From NCBI GenBank assembly GCA_041497195.1, contig JBGQGB010000003.1:20260-84259 (forward strand): a stretch of DNA of 64,000 nucleotides, given 5' to 3'. This DNA is from Candidatus Doudnabacteria bacterium. GTDB lineage: Bacteria; Patescibacteriota; Doudnabacteria; UBA920; 2-01-FULL-46-14. Below, piece by piece: positions 19,345 through 29,056 of the stretch (position 1 is the stretch's first letter; each line of letters opens with the position of its first letter). The position numbers and the translations under genes are program-made. The notes beneath the pieces are model-generated. The model searched no databases. It was not told the DNA's origin and saw only the letters and a program-made list of their open reading frames with translations.

Positions 19345-21196
19345 GCAAAAACTTTTTTACGACTCTGATTATGGCTCCCCGCGAAATCTCCTCATACTCC
19401 AAAAGTTCTGCGGGTTTGCCTGAGCGCGGCATTTTGCGCACTGCTAAACTGAATACTTGATACTTACCACTTAATGCTGACCTGACCGCTTCTCCGATGC
19501 CGCCTTCGGGATAATGATCCTCGACTGTAATAATACTGCCGGTGTCTTTGGCTGCTTGTAGCAAAGTCTTGCGATCAATTGGCTTGATACTATAGAGATC
19601 AATCACCCGGATGAAGATGCCTTGTTTTTTCAGCTCCTCATACGCAGCCAACGCTTCGTGCAAGGTAACTCCGGCCCCGACTACTGTCACGACGTCTTTG
19701 CGGCTTTGCCTGAGAACTTTACTGCCACCAATCGGGAACTCCTGCCGCGACGAGTACAAAACCGGAGTCGTCATTCTGGTAGTGCGGATATAGACGATGC
19801 CTTTGCGTTTGGCGGCTGCTTCCACGAGCTTTTCCGTGGAAACTGCGTCTGACGGATACAAAACCACACCCCCCTGGATGGTGCGAAACATAGCCAAATC
19901 CTCCAGCCCCATTTGCGAAGCGCCATCCTCTCCTATAGACACGCCAGCGTGGGAGCCCACGAATTTGATATTCGCTCCTGAATACTGGCTCATCCGGATC
20001 TGGTCATAGCCTCTGGCAAAAAAGGCGGCAAAGGTCGAGACAAACGGGATATTGCCGCGGCGCGACAGGCCGAGAGCGCTACCTACCATATTCTGCTCGG
20101 CAATGTACATTTCAAAAAACCTGTCCGGGTATTTCGCTTTGAAAATTTCCGCATAAGTCGAGTTGCTCACCTCGGCATCCAGGACCACCATGTTGGGAAA
20201 CTTGGGAAAAATCCGTACCAAGGCATTGCCGTAGGCTTTGCGGGTGGCGACCCCGTCTCCGAGTTTGTACTGAATCTTCGCAGACGAATAATGCGTCGGC
20301 GCCTTGTCCGCCTTCGTCCGCCCAAGGCGGACTACAGCGGACTGCGGCCTGGCTAATTCCCCTCGAAAAGACTTGTTAACTTTCCCCAGTTCGCGAAGCG
20401 CTTGAATTAATTCTTCTTTGCTCAAGGCCTTGCCATGCCAGTTGTCTTTGTTTTCGATAAACGAGATGCCTTTGCCTTTGAGTGTTTTGGCGATAATCAT
20501 CACCGGCCGGTCTTTGACTCTCGCAGCTTGCTCGTATGCTTTCAAAATCTCCTTGAAATTGTGGCCGTTGATGACCATCGTCTTCCAGCCAAACGCAGCA
20601 ATGCGTTTTTGGTAAGCCTGCAAATCATGCCCATACATAGTGGGGCCGCGCTGGCCCAACCGATTGACATCCAAAATTCCTACGAGATTGTCGAGTTTGT
20701 AGTGTGCTGCCAGCTGCATGGCTTCCCACTGCGACCCTTCGGCCATTTCGCTGTCACCGAGTAACACATAAGTCCGATACGGAAGCTTGTCGAGATATTT
20801 GGCATTGAGCGCCATACCCACCCCAATAGAAAGGCCCTGGCCGAGCGAACCAGTAGCCGCCTCGGTATAGGGAAACCTCATGGTCGGGTGTCCCTCGAGT
20901 TGGCTGCCGAACTGCCGGAGGGTGAGCATTTCTTTTTCACTGACTTTGCCTGCAGCTGCGTAAATAGAATAGAAAAGCGGGGACGCGTGGCCTTTGGAAA
21001 AAATCAGGCGGTCGTTGTTAGGGTGATTGGGGCGCTGTAAATCAAAACGAAACACCTTGCCAAATAGCAGGGCAGTCATCAAATCAGCAGCAGATAGGGA
21101 CGAGGTCGGGTGCCCGGAACCGGCTCGGGTCGTAGAAATCAGACTGTAGTAGCGGATGAGTCTGGCAAGTTCTTGGAGTTTTTTGAGATCGGCCAT
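19337..21196 (-). CDS. tkt: transketolase
   Basis: 619 aa. Thiamine-diphosphate-binding N-terminal domain (GSGHPTSSLS), pyrimidine-binding domain and C-terminal domain. Confidence 0.93.
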   Translation of the reverse strand: MADLKKLQELARLIRYYSLISTTRAGSGHPTSSLSAADLMTALLFGKVFRFDLQRPNHPNNDRLIFSKGHASPLFYSIYAAAGKVSEKEMLTLRQFGSQLEGHPTMRFPYTEAATGSLGQGLSIGVGMALNAKYLDKLPYRTYVLLGDSEMAEGSQWEAMQLAAHYKLDNLVGILDVNRLGQRGPTMYGHDLQAYQKRIAAFGWKTMVINGHNFKEILKAYEQAARVKDRPVMIIAKTLKGKGISFIENKDNWHGKALSKEELIQALRELGKVNKSFRGELARPQSAVVRLGRTKADKAPTHYSSAKIQYKLGDGVATRKAYGNALVRIFPKFPNMVVLDAEVSNSTYAEIFKAKYPDRFFEMYIAEQNMVGSALGLSRRGNIPFVSTFAAFFARGYDQIRMSQYSGANIKFVGSHAGVSIGEDGASQMGLEDLAMFRTIQGGVVLYPSDAVSTEKLVEAAAKRKGIVYIRTTRMTTPVLYSSRQEFPIGGSKVLRQSRKDVVTVVGAGVTLHEALAAYEELKKQGIFIRVIDLYSIKPIDRKTLLQAAKDTGSIITVEDHYPEGGIGEAVRSALSGKYQVFSLAVRKMPRSGKPAELLEYEEISRGAIIRVVKKFLHE

Positions 21197-21225
21197 GTAC
21201 TTCTGCGATTAGTATATGAATTATA

Positions 21226-21266
21226 TAAAAAAATCCCCCGAGAGACCAGACTTCGGTCTCTCGGGG
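21226..21266 (-). terminator. rho-independent terminator after the GGDEF gene
   Basis: Perfect 12-bp stem CCCCGAGAGACC/GGTCTCTCGGGG with a 7-nt loop, followed on the minus strand by a T-run. Confidence 0.6.
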
Positions 21267-21277
21267 ACATTGTGCAA

Positions 21278-21910
21278 TCAGACAGACAGCCGGTGTCGCT
21301 TCTTCTGACTTTTGTCGACGTACATCTCCCCGTCTGCAAGCGTGATAAGCTGCGCGAGTGTAACTGGCCGGGCTGGCGTAAGTGAGCCCGTCCAAATTCC
21401 TGCGCTGAAAGGGATATGCGGCAAAATCGCTCGGAGTCGATCCACAACCCGGTGTGCACCAAAAAGGTCGGCCCCTGGGAGCAAAATCAGGAATTCATCT
21501 CCTCCCAAACGTCCGGCGAAATCCATCGGCCGCAGACACGCCTTGAGCGCTTTCGCGAATTCAACGAGAACACGATCGCCTTCCGCGTGTCCATGAAGGT
21601 CATTAACTTGTTTGAGGTCATCAAGGTCGAAATGGACCAAGCCGACTTGGCCCTGTTCGCGCATCGCTGCTCTGACCACCCTCTCGCCGAGGTCCAAAAT
21701 TGCTCCCCGATTAAAGACTCCGGTCAGTTCGTCCTGATGATACGCAAAACAGACATTGCGCTGGCGAATGAATACTTCCATAAAGACCAAGGTAATCCCT
21801 GCCAAAAACCACTGCAGCTTTTGCCACATCGTGCGCCTCCTGTTTGATTGTCTGCTAACTAAAAAACAGGTTCGGCGAAACCTGCGTAAAAACTTCAGTG
21901 CCGGTTTCAC
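21278..21910 (-). CDS. GGDEF-domain diguanylate cyclase with N-terminal TM segment
   Basis: 210 aa. RLGGDEFLILL active-site motif. Confidence 0.8.
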   Translation of the reverse strand: MKPALKFLRRFRRTCFLVSRQSNRRRTMWQKLQWFLAGITLVFMEVFIRQRNVCFAYHQDELTGVFNRGAILDLGERVVRAAMREQGQVGLVHFDLDDLKQVNDLHGHAEGDRVLVEFAKALKACLRPMDFAGRLGGDEFLILLPGADLFGAHRVVDRLRAILPHIPFSAGIWTGSLTPARPVTLAQLITLADGEMYVDKSQKKRHRLSV

Positions 21911-22032
21911 CCTAAAGCTCCACGCGCCTTAGTCCGATGAATCGGACAGGTGACCAATTCGGCGCGCTTCACAGCTCACTACTATTTAGTTAGCCCCTCA
22001 TCTTACACTTTTTTGACCGGTTTGTCAATCCT

Positions 22033-22356
22033 TTAGCGAATCTTCGAGCCTGGCGGGACTTCGTGGTCAGGCATCAAAAGCACTGGCCCTTCCTCCGTAT
22101 CTGCTGCCAGCAACATCCCCTGGCTTTCCAGTCCCATCATAGTTTTCGGCTCCAGGTTGGCCACCACCACGATCCTTTTGCCTACCAAATCCTCCACCCC
22201 ATAGTACTGCGCAATCCCGGCCAAAATCTGCCGCTCGCCCTCCCCGGTATCTACCCGCAGCTTCACGAGTTTGTCCGAACCCTCGACCGGATCAGCCCCC
22301 ACGATGAGGCCGATGCGCAAATCTAATTTTTTGAAATCTTCAAACGATACGTTCAT
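22033..22356 (-). CDS. tRNA-binding protein (CsaA/Trbp111-like, EMAP-type OB fold)
   Basis: 107 aa. LDLRIGLIVGADPVEGSDKLVKLRVDTGEGERQILAGIAQYY matches the CsaA consensus. Confidence 0.78.
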   Translation of the reverse strand: MNVSFEDFKKLDLRIGLIVGADPVEGSDKLVKLRVDTGEGERQILAGIAQYYGVEDLVGKRIVVVANLEPKTMMGLESQGMLLAADTEEGPVLLMPDHEVPPGSKIR

Positions 22357-22497
22357 AATTTACTTCCCGATATGAAAGGTCACGTGAAGCATAACAAAAT
22401 TGCTTTTGACACTCAAGCAAAAAAATATGCCTGCGGGTCGCCCTTGTGGGGCAACCGCGCAGGCAGAGGGATCAGATGTCCTTGCAAAATCTCGGGA

Positions 22498-23511
22498 TCA
22501 GGTGAAGGTGGGCGACAGATTGGGGCCGCGTTTGGTGAAAAAACACTGAGGGTTCACCTGGAGAGCAGCAATTAGCCGCTGAAAAGTCCTAAACGTCGGC
22601 CGGCGGCAAGCTCCACTTTCCATACTCGCGATTGTCGGGAGGCTCAGTTTCGCCCACCTGGCCAATTGCGATTTACTCATCCCGCGAGCATTGCGCACGT
22701 TAGTGATGCGAACTCCAAAATCTGAGACAAGGTGGCGAAGGCAGAAGCCCCACTGCCTCTGCTCTATATGAGGCAAAGACGGCAGTACCTTAGACTTCAA
22801 GGCTGTGAGCACCGATTCAGAAACCAGTGCGGCTGAGCGAGGTAGGAGCGCGGAAATATATCCAGGCCGCTCCCGCTGCATTTGCGACTGTGCTGGAGGT
22901 ACGCGCAGGGACAGTGGAGAGTGGTGAGGATTTCCGTTCGTAGCGCTGTACTCGCTGATCGCCTGCAGCCGCTTCAATATAGACTGCCATTGAGCCCAGT
23001 CGAGCTGTCGCAGAAAAGGCCGCAGCCCCTGGATGAACGGATCCTCCAGCACCGTCTCGCCATTTGATTCCTGCACGAAGAACCGGTTCAGACCAACGCC
23101 AAGTGGTTCGGCAATCTTTTCGAGCGTACCGAGGCTGGGCGTCATTTGGCCGCTCTCAATGCGCGACAAGTAGGAGCGGCTAACGCGAGAGCGCGCCGTG
23201 AGCTGGGTCTGCGTCATGCCGCGCGACTCGCGCAACTGGCGAATCCGCTGGCCGATGTTTGCCACCGACTCCCGGTCGAGCCCACATTCAAACAGTTGCC
23301 AGCCATCCCCGGGCAAACCCTGCGGATCAGCTAAGGGAATGACAAAAGTCACCTTCGGCGGCAACCGCCTCAAGCAACGGCGGCAGGCATTGTTGTTTGG
23401 CTTGTCTGAGCGATACTGGACCAGCTCACAGACTGAGCACTTGACGACTTCGCGGGGATCAGGTTGGGAGGTGCGTTGTTTAGTACTTGGCCCAGAGCTT
23501 GTAGAAGCCAT
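22498..23511 (-). CDS. transcriptional regulator with N-terminal zinc ribbon and two XRE-family HTH domains
   Basis: 337 aa. CSVCELVQ...CRRC zinc ribbon, then two HTH_XRE cores (MTQTQLTARSRVSRSYLSRIESG and MSKSQLARWAKLSLPTIASMESG). Confidence 0.7.
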   Translation of the reverse strand: MASTSSGPSTKQRTSQPDPREVVKCSVCELVQYRSDKPNNNACRRCLRRLPPKVTFVIPLADPQGLPGDGWQLFECGLDRESVANIGQRIRQLRESRGMTQTQLTARSRVSRSYLSRIESGQMTPSLGTLEKIAEPLGVGLNRFFVQESNGETVLEDPFIQGLRPFLRQLDWAQWQSILKRLQAISEYSATNGNPHHSPLSLRVPPAQSQMQRERPGYISALLPRSAALVSESVLTALKSKVLPSLPHIEQRQWGFCLRHLVSDFGVRITNVRNARGMSKSQLARWAKLSLPTIASMESGACRRPTFRTFQRLIAALQVNPQCFFTKRGPNLSPTFT

Positions 23512-23600
23512 GTTAATCCTCCTCAGAATTTGAAAATGGGCCTGGAAAATATCACTGATAACTTTGGATTATTGCATAAACCTGGGAGCAGGTCAAGGAT

Positions 23601-23640
23601 ATAAAAAAGCAAGGCAGCCGGAGAGAAGATTTGGCTGCAC
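23601..23640 (-). terminator. rho-independent terminator downstream of the tRNA-Leu/tRNA-Cys pair
   Basis: Stem GCAGCC/GGCTGC, followed on the minus strand by TTTTTTAT. Confidence 0.45.
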
Positions 23641-23676
23641 TGGACTTTGTTGGGTTCCAACTATGTCCCGCACAAG

Positions 23677-23762
23677 TGGTGGGCGAGGAGAGACTCGAAC
23701 TCTCAATCCCTTTCGGGCTCAGGATTTTAAGTCCTGTGCGTATACCATTCCGCCACTCGCCC
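23677..23762 (-). tRNA. tRNA-Leu (anticodon TAA), CCA encoded
   Basis: Manual fold: acceptor GGGCGAG/CTCGCCC, D-arm, anticodon stem CAGGA/TCCTG with loop CTTAAAA, long variable arm, T-arm GAGAG-TTCGAGT-CTCTC, then ACCA. Confidence 0.8.
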
Positions 23763-23817
23763 ACCATCTATGCGGGGTAAATAAACCGTTCCGCCACTCC
23801 GGCGAAATTCTTTGAAC

Positions 23818-23889
23818 AGGCCACGACGGGAATCGAACCCGTGCATCGCGGTTTTGCAGACCGCAGCGTTTCCACTTCGCCACGTGGCC
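23818..23889 (-). tRNA. tRNA-Cys (anticodon GCA)
   Basis: Manual fold: acceptor GGCCACG/CGTGGCC, anticodon stem GCGGT/ACCGC with loop CTGCAAA, T-arm ACGGG-TTCGATT-CCCGT, discriminator U. CCA is not encoded. Confidence 0.78.
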
Positions 23890-23963
23890 ACGCGCTCATT
23901 ATACCTTTTCGCCAAGGGGATGGAAAAGAGCATATCAGCTGGGTTTTACTGACAAACTTTGGA

Positions 23964-25217
23964 TTAAACTGTTTGGGTTTTTGTTTCTTGAGGTGCCTCA
24001 ACCGGATTCTCAGCAGCAGGAGCAGAGGGAATTGCAGCAGCGGGCTCCACAGGTTTGGCAGTGAGCGCTTTGACCGAGAGGCCCAAGCGGTGCTCTTGGG
24101 GCTCAATGGAAATGATTTTGAATTCCCGCTCTTCGCCTTCTTTCAAAACCACTGACGGGTCAGCAATTTTCTCATAGGACAACTCGCCCAAATGTGCCAA
24201 ACCGTGAATATCCGCATCCAACTCGATAAAAGCGCCGAAAGGAGCAAGTTTTAAAACCTTGCCTTTGACCACCTGGCCAATTTGATATTTCTTGACCGCG
24301 TCTTCCCAGGGATCGCGCTGGAGGCGCTTGATAGACAGACTGATGCGGTCATTATCAATGGCGATAATCTGTGCTTTGACTTTGTCGCCGACTTTGACGA
24401 TATTTTTCGGATCCTCAATGCGCTGCCAGGCGAGTTCGGAAATGTGGACCAGGCCCTCGAGTTCATCATCAAACTTTACAAATGCGCCAAAATCCACCAC
24501 ACCGGTGATTTCGCCTTCCACGACCGTCCCGATGGTGAGCTTGGTGATTTTTTTCATGAGCTCATCTTCCATGACAGCCCGTTCGGAAACGATCAGTTTC
24601 TCCCCGTCCTGTTCGGCGGTAATAATCCGGACGTCAAAATCCAGACCCACGAACCCGCGCAGCACGCTCAGGATCTTGTTTTTATCGCCGTCCTCAACCC
24701 GCGGATAATGCGACGGCGCTAGTTGCGAAACTGGTAAAAAGCCCAAGACGCTGTTGATTTTGACCATCAAGCCGCCCTTGTTGGCTTCTAAGATTTTGGT
24801 GCGAACGGTTTCTTTGCTCTGAAGTTTTTCGTGCAAAGCCTGCCAGACTCGCTCCTGGCCAGCCTTCCGGAAAGATAATTCGATGTTGCCGTCTTTGTTC
24901 TCGATTTCGATGACCGAAGCGTACACCGGGGCGCCGACTTTCAGAGAAGACAAAATTTGTTCGTCGTCATACAGTTCGCGGCCGCGCACCACGCCGATGC
25001 CGACCCCGTCCACGTCCACATAGACCTCGTTTTTCCCCACGCTTAAAATACTGCCCTGAATCACATCCCCCTCTTGCAGAACGTGCAATTTGGTCGAGTG
25101 GACAGCTAGCAAATCATTCATTGATTGGATATCTTCAGCCATAGATAGGTCGCTTCCCGGGGAACCCCTGCTCTGCCAATTCCCTTCCCTCAGCTTCGTG
25201 TCCGTATAGAAATGCAA
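23964..25217 (-). CDS. rpsA: 30S ribosomal protein S1
   Basis: 417 aa made of repeated S1 domains. Confidence 0.88.
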   Translation of the reverse strand: MHFYTDTKLREGNWQSRGSPGSDLSMAEDIQSMNDLLAVHSTKLHVLQEGDVIQGSILSVGKNEVYVDVDGVGIGVVRGRELYDDEQILSSLKVGAPVYASVIEIENKDGNIELSFRKAGQERVWQALHEKLQSKETVRTKILEANKGGLMVKINSVLGFLPVSQLAPSHYPRVEDGDKNKILSVLRGFVGLDFDVRIITAEQDGEKLIVSERAVMEDELMKKITKLTIGTVVEGEITGVVDFGAFVKFDDELEGLVHISELAWQRIEDPKNIVKVGDKVKAQIIAIDNDRISLSIKRLQRDPWEDAVKKYQIGQVVKGKVLKLAPFGAFIELDADIHGLAHLGELSYEKIADPSVVLKEGEEREFKIISIEPQEHRLGLSVKALTAKPVEPAAAIPSAPAAENPVEAPQETKTQTV

Positions 25218-25375
25218 ATGGATACCCTGCGGTATCCAAAGATCCGTAAAAACAAGGGTTAATAATTAACAGCAGAGACTTAAGACTTAAAAAGCTTGCT
25301 CGTTATTCGATTTTACTACTCCAAAAGCTTACCAAAGCCTTGGAAAAAAATCAAGTCTTCAGGTATAATTAGCAT

Positions 25376-26035
25376 ATGGTTATAACGTGGTTCGGGCTGT
25401 CGTCTTTCAAAATTTCTTCGGGAAATCTGACCCTGGTGACTGACCCTTTTTCCAAAATCGTTGGCCTCACGCCGCCACGCGGACAAACGGATATCGCAGT
25501 CATCTCGAATATCCAAAACGTGGCCTACAACAATCAGGAGGCCCTCGGCGGAGAAAACACATTTGTCATTGACGGCCCAGGCGAACTGGATGTCAAAGGC
25601 CTGTTTGTGCACGGAATTGCCGCCAACGGCGACCCCAAAGCCAAAACTAATGGGTTTGATTACACCACTATCTACAGTATCCGCATGGAAGAGATTCGCT
25701 TGGGCTTCTTGGGGAGCCTCAAACAAAAAGAACTGAGCGACTCGCAACTGGAGGAACTGGGAGAGGTTGATATTTTATTCATCCCGGTCGGAGGCAAATC
25801 TGTCTGCGATGCCGAAGAAGCGGTGACGATCATCAATCAGATTGAACCGAAAATTGTTATCCCCGCGCACTATGCCCAATCGGGTTTAAAAATCCCCTTG
25901 GACAAGGTTGATCAGTTTTTGAAAGAAATCGGCTCGGCCAAAGTCGTCCCCCAAGACAAACTCACGATCAAAAAATCCAATCTCCAGGAACAAAGCGAGT
26001 CAACTCAGACAATCGTACTTAATCCGCAGCGCTAA
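25376..26035 (+). CDS. MBL-fold metallo-hydrolase (UPF0173 family)
   Basis: 219 aa with a beta-lactamase-like fold signature. A TATAAT-like box lies just upstream. Confidence 0.7.
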   Translation: MVITWFGLSSFKISSGNLTLVTDPFSKIVGLTPPRGQTDIAVISNIQNVAYNNQEALGGENTFVIDGPGELDVKGLFVHGIAANGDPKAKTNGFDYTTIYSIRMEEIRLGFLGSLKQKELSDSQLEELGEVDILFIPVGGKSVCDAEEAVTIINQIEPKIVIPAHYAQSGLKIPLDKVDQFLKEIGSAKVVPQDKLTIKKSNLQEQSESTQTIVLNPQR

Positions 26036-26050
26036 AATCGCAATGCTGCT

Positions 26051-26278
26051 ATGTCTTGGTTCAGCCAAAAACTTCATGAACTGCAGAATAAGCCCTATGA
26101 GGAAAAACTGCGCATCCTGCGCCGGACAGTGATCGTGACCGCCATCCTACTTTTGGGTTTTTGGGCACTGAGCCTCCGGTACCGGCAGATACAAAGCAGC
26201 GGCTTCGGCAACGTCTTCTCCCCACTACAAGAGGGCTTCAAGCAATTAAAAAATTCTTTTCCGCAAAAATCCAACTAG
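26051..26278 (+). CDS. small predicted membrane protein, hypothetical
   Basis: 75 aa with one TM segment. Lies immediately upstream of gyrA. Confidence 0.3.
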   Translation: MSWFSQKLHELQNKPYEEKLRILRRTVIVTAILLLGFWALSLRYRQIQSSGFGNVFSPLQEGFKQLKNSFPQKSN

Positions 26279-26281
26279 CCG

Positions 26282-28789
26282 ATGAAGAAAAAAACTCCCC
26301 CAAAAATCAAGGGCGACAAAGCCCAGCCGCTTACGCCTGCAGCCAAGCAGGAGATTGGCTATGTGCGACCGCGCATCATTGAACAAGAAATGCAGGAATC
26401 GTATCTGGACTATGCAATGAGCGTGATCGTTTCCCGCGCGCTGCCTGATGTCCGGGACGGCCTCAAACCGGTGCACCGCCGGGTGCTTTATGCCATGAGC
26501 GAACTGGGCCTCAATCCGTCGGCGCGATACCGCAAATCCGCGACCGTAGTTGGAGAAGTTTTGGGAAAATACCACCCGCACGGGGACGTGGCCGTCTACG
26601 ACTCCTTGGTCCGCCTGGCACAAGATTTTTCCATGCGCTACCCCTTGGTGGATGGCCAAGGCAACTTCGGCTCCCTCGATGGCGATGCGCCAGCGGCCAT
26701 GCGCTATTCGGAATGCCGCTTAGCTCCCGTTTCTTTGGAGCTGCTCTCGGACATTGATAAAAACACGGTGGAATGGATGAACAATTATGATGCGACCAAA
26801 CAAGAACCCTCGGTTCTGCCGGCCAAATTGCCCAACCTCCTGCTCAACGGCACTCTGGGGATCGCTGTGGGCATGGCCACAGACATCCCGCCTCACAACT
26901 TGCGAGAAATCGTGGACGCGACTGCCGCGCTCATCGAGAATCCGAAACTCACCAGCGAAGATTTGATGGAGTTTGTCCAAGGCCCTGATTTTCCGACCGG
27001 GGGCATCATCTACGACTGGAATGCCATCCAATCCGCTTACGCCACCGGAAAAGGCAGCGTCGTGGTCCGAGCCAAAACCGAGATTGTCGAAACCAAAGAC
27101 GGGACTTTTCAAGTTCTCATCACCGAAATTCCGTACCGCGTCAACAAGGCCACACTTTTGGAAAAATTCGCCGAGCTGGTTCGGGACAAAAAAATTGAGG
27201 GGATCAGAAACATCCGTGATGAATCCGACAAAGACGGGGTTCGCATCGTCGTTGACCTCAAAAAAGACGCGCTGCCAAACAAGGTCCTCAACCAACTGTT
27301 TAAATATACCCAGCTGCAGGACACATTTCATCTCAATATGCTCGCCCTGGTGGACGGGCTAGATCCCAGAGTTTTGAATTTGAAGATGATTCTGGAGTCT
27401 TACATTGCTCACCGGCGCGACGTAGTCAGCAGGCGCACGCGCTTTGACCTGGAAAAAGCCAAAGACCGAGCCCATATCCTGGAGGGATTGAAAAAAGCGC
27501 TCGACCAGATTGACGCGATCATCAAAACCATCAAACAATCAGACACCAAGGAAGTTGCCCACGCGGCTTTGCAAAAAACATTCAAGCTGTCCGACAAACA
27601 AGCCACGGCCATTCTGGAAATGAGACTGCAAGCGCTCGCTGGCCTGGAGCGCAAAAAGATCGAGGATGAGCTCAAGGAAAAGCGCCTGCTGATTAAAGAA
27701 CTCGAGGAACTCCTGGCGTCCCCGAAAAAAATCGACGGGGTCATCAAAACAGAAATGCAGGAACTCCGGGATAAATTCGGCGACGAACGGCGAACCAAAC
27801 TCGTCAAAACCTCCATCGGTGAATTCAAAGTCGAGGACCTTATCGCCAATGAGGAAGTCATCATAGTAGCGACTAAATCCGGATACGTGAAGCGGTTGCC
27901 TCCGGATACTTACCGCAAGCAAGGGCGCGGGGGCAAAGGCGTGATCGGCATCACCACCAAAGAAGAGGACGTCGTGAATCAGATGCTCTTGGCGAAAACC
28001 CACGATGACATTTTGTTTTTCACGAACAAAGGCCGGGTTTTTCAAACCAAAGTCTACGAACTGCCGGAAACCTCCCGCACCGCCAAAGGTCAGGCCCTGG
28101 TCAATTTCCTGGAGCTGGGCGCCGGCGAAGTGGCCACCGCAGTTCTGACTGTCGGACGCACCGAAAAAACCAAATACAAATACTTGTTTATGGGCACCAA
28201 GTACGGCACTGTGAAAAAAACTGATGTGGCCGAATTTGAAAAAGTCCGCCGCTCGGGCCTGATTGCCATCAAAATCAAAAAAGACGACGAGCTCAAATGG
28301 ATCAAGCTCACCTCTGGTGATGATCAAATCATGATTACCACCGGCGGCGGCCAGGCCATTCGATTTAAAGAAACCGATGTGAGGCCCATGGGCCGCACCG
28401 CCAGCGGGGTCCGCGGCATCAGACTCAAAAAAAACGATGACGTAATGAGTCTGGAGACAATCGAAAAAACGCTGGATCAGAAAAACTTGCAGGTTTTGGT
28501 CATTTCCGAACTAGGCTTGGGCAAAAAAACTCCCTTGGACGAATACAAAATCCAAAACCGCGGCGGCTCCGGCATCAAAACCATGAACCTCACCAAAAAA
28601 ACCGGCCGGATTATGGTTATGCATATTATTAGCAAAGCGGCGGAGACAGATCTCGTGGTCATCTCCAAATCAGGGCAGACGCTGCGCACCGCACTCGGAC
28701 AAATTTCGACTCTTGGCCGAGCCACCCAAGGGGTCCGCATCATCAAACCGCAACCAGGAGATACAGTCGCCTCAGCAGCCGTTGTCTAG
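26282..28789 (+). CDS. gyrA: DNA gyrase subunit A
   Basis: 835 aa. Active-site region [10 protein letters not shown] and C-terminal beta-pinwheel repeats. Confidence 0.96.
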   Translation: MKKKTPPKIKGDKAQPLTPAAKQEIGYVRPRIIEQEMQESYLDYAMSVIVSRALPDVRDGLKPVHRRVLYAMSELGLNPSARYRKSATVVGEVLGKYHPHGDVAVYDSLVRLAQDFSMRYPLVDGQGNFGSLDGDAPAAMRYSECRLAPVSLELLSDIDKNTVEWMNNYDATKQEPSVLPAKLPNLLLNGTLGIAVGMATDIPPHNLREIVDATAALIENPKLTSEDLMEFVQGPDFPTGGIIYDWNAIQSAYATGKGSVVVRAKTEIVETKDGTFQVLITEIPYRVNKATLLEKFAELVRDKKIEGIRNIRDESDKDGVRIVVDLKKDALPNKVLNQLFKYTQLQDTFHLNMLALVDGLDPRVLNLKMILESYIAHRRDVVSRRTRFDLEKAKDRAHILEGLKKALDQIDAIIKTIKQSDTKEVAHAALQKTFKLSDKQATAILEMRLQALAGLERKKIEDELKEKRLLIKELEELLASPKKIDGVIKTEMQELRDKFGDERRTKLVKTSIGEFKVEDLIANEEVIIVATKSGYVKRLPPDTYRKQGRGGKGVIGITTKEEDVVNQMLLAKTHDDILFFTNKGRVFQTKVYELPETSRTAKGQALVNFLELGAGEVATAVLTVGRTEKTKYKYLFMGTKYGTVKKTDVAEFEKVRRSGLIAIKIKKDDELKWIKLTSGDDQIMITTGGGQAIRFKETDVRPMGRTASGVRGIRLKKNDDVMSLETIEKTLDQKNLQVLVISELGLGKKTPLDEYKIQNRGGSGIKTMNLTKKTGRIMVMHIISKAAETDLVVISKSGQTLRTALGQISTLGRATQGVRIIKPQPGDTVASAAVV

Positions 28790-28876
28790 AATTTGTGGTA
28801 AAATAACTGCATCGTAGAAGCGGCGCGGGCGTGTACTAAAACGGTAGATCTGTCATCTTAACCCGCCTGACTTCGC

Positions 28877-28951
28877 CGGTCCGTAGCTCAATGGTAGAGC
28901 AATCGTCTTATACACGATCGGTTCCAGGTTCGAGTCCTGGCGGACCGACCA
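28877..28951 (+). tRNA. tRNA-Ile (anticodon TAT, i.e. UAU), CCA encoded
   Basis: Manual fold: acceptor CGGTCCG/CGGACCG, U8, D-arm GCTC-AATGGTA-GAGC, anticodon stem ATCGT/ACGAT with loop CTTATAC, T-arm CCAGG-TTCGAGT-CCTGG, then ACCA. Confidence 0.65.
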
Positions 28952-29056
28952 GACCAACGGGCAGGTACACGACGGTTCTGCGCCCTAGGCGCACCCGCCT
29001 TGGGCGGGGAATCCTAGCGCGCGCACCAAAAAATACATTAATCAGTTCAAATAAAA

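Noticed and set aside
22372-22575. 67-aa plus-strand ORF in the CsaA/regulator intergenic region
   Set aside because: G/R/C-rich low-complexity translation with no RBS. Overlaps the 3' end of the regulator gene on the opposite strand.
23766-23817. 52-nt spacer between tRNA-Leu and tRNA-Cys as a possible third tRNA
   Set aside because: Too short and it does not fold into a cloverleaf. No T-loop GTTCRANYC motif.
28985-29040. GC-rich palindromic stretch (GCGCCCTAGGCGC ... CCCGCCTTGGGCGGG) after tRNA-Ile as a terminator
   Set aside because: Stable hairpins but no following T-run on the plus strand. Could be a processing or structural element. Left uncalled.
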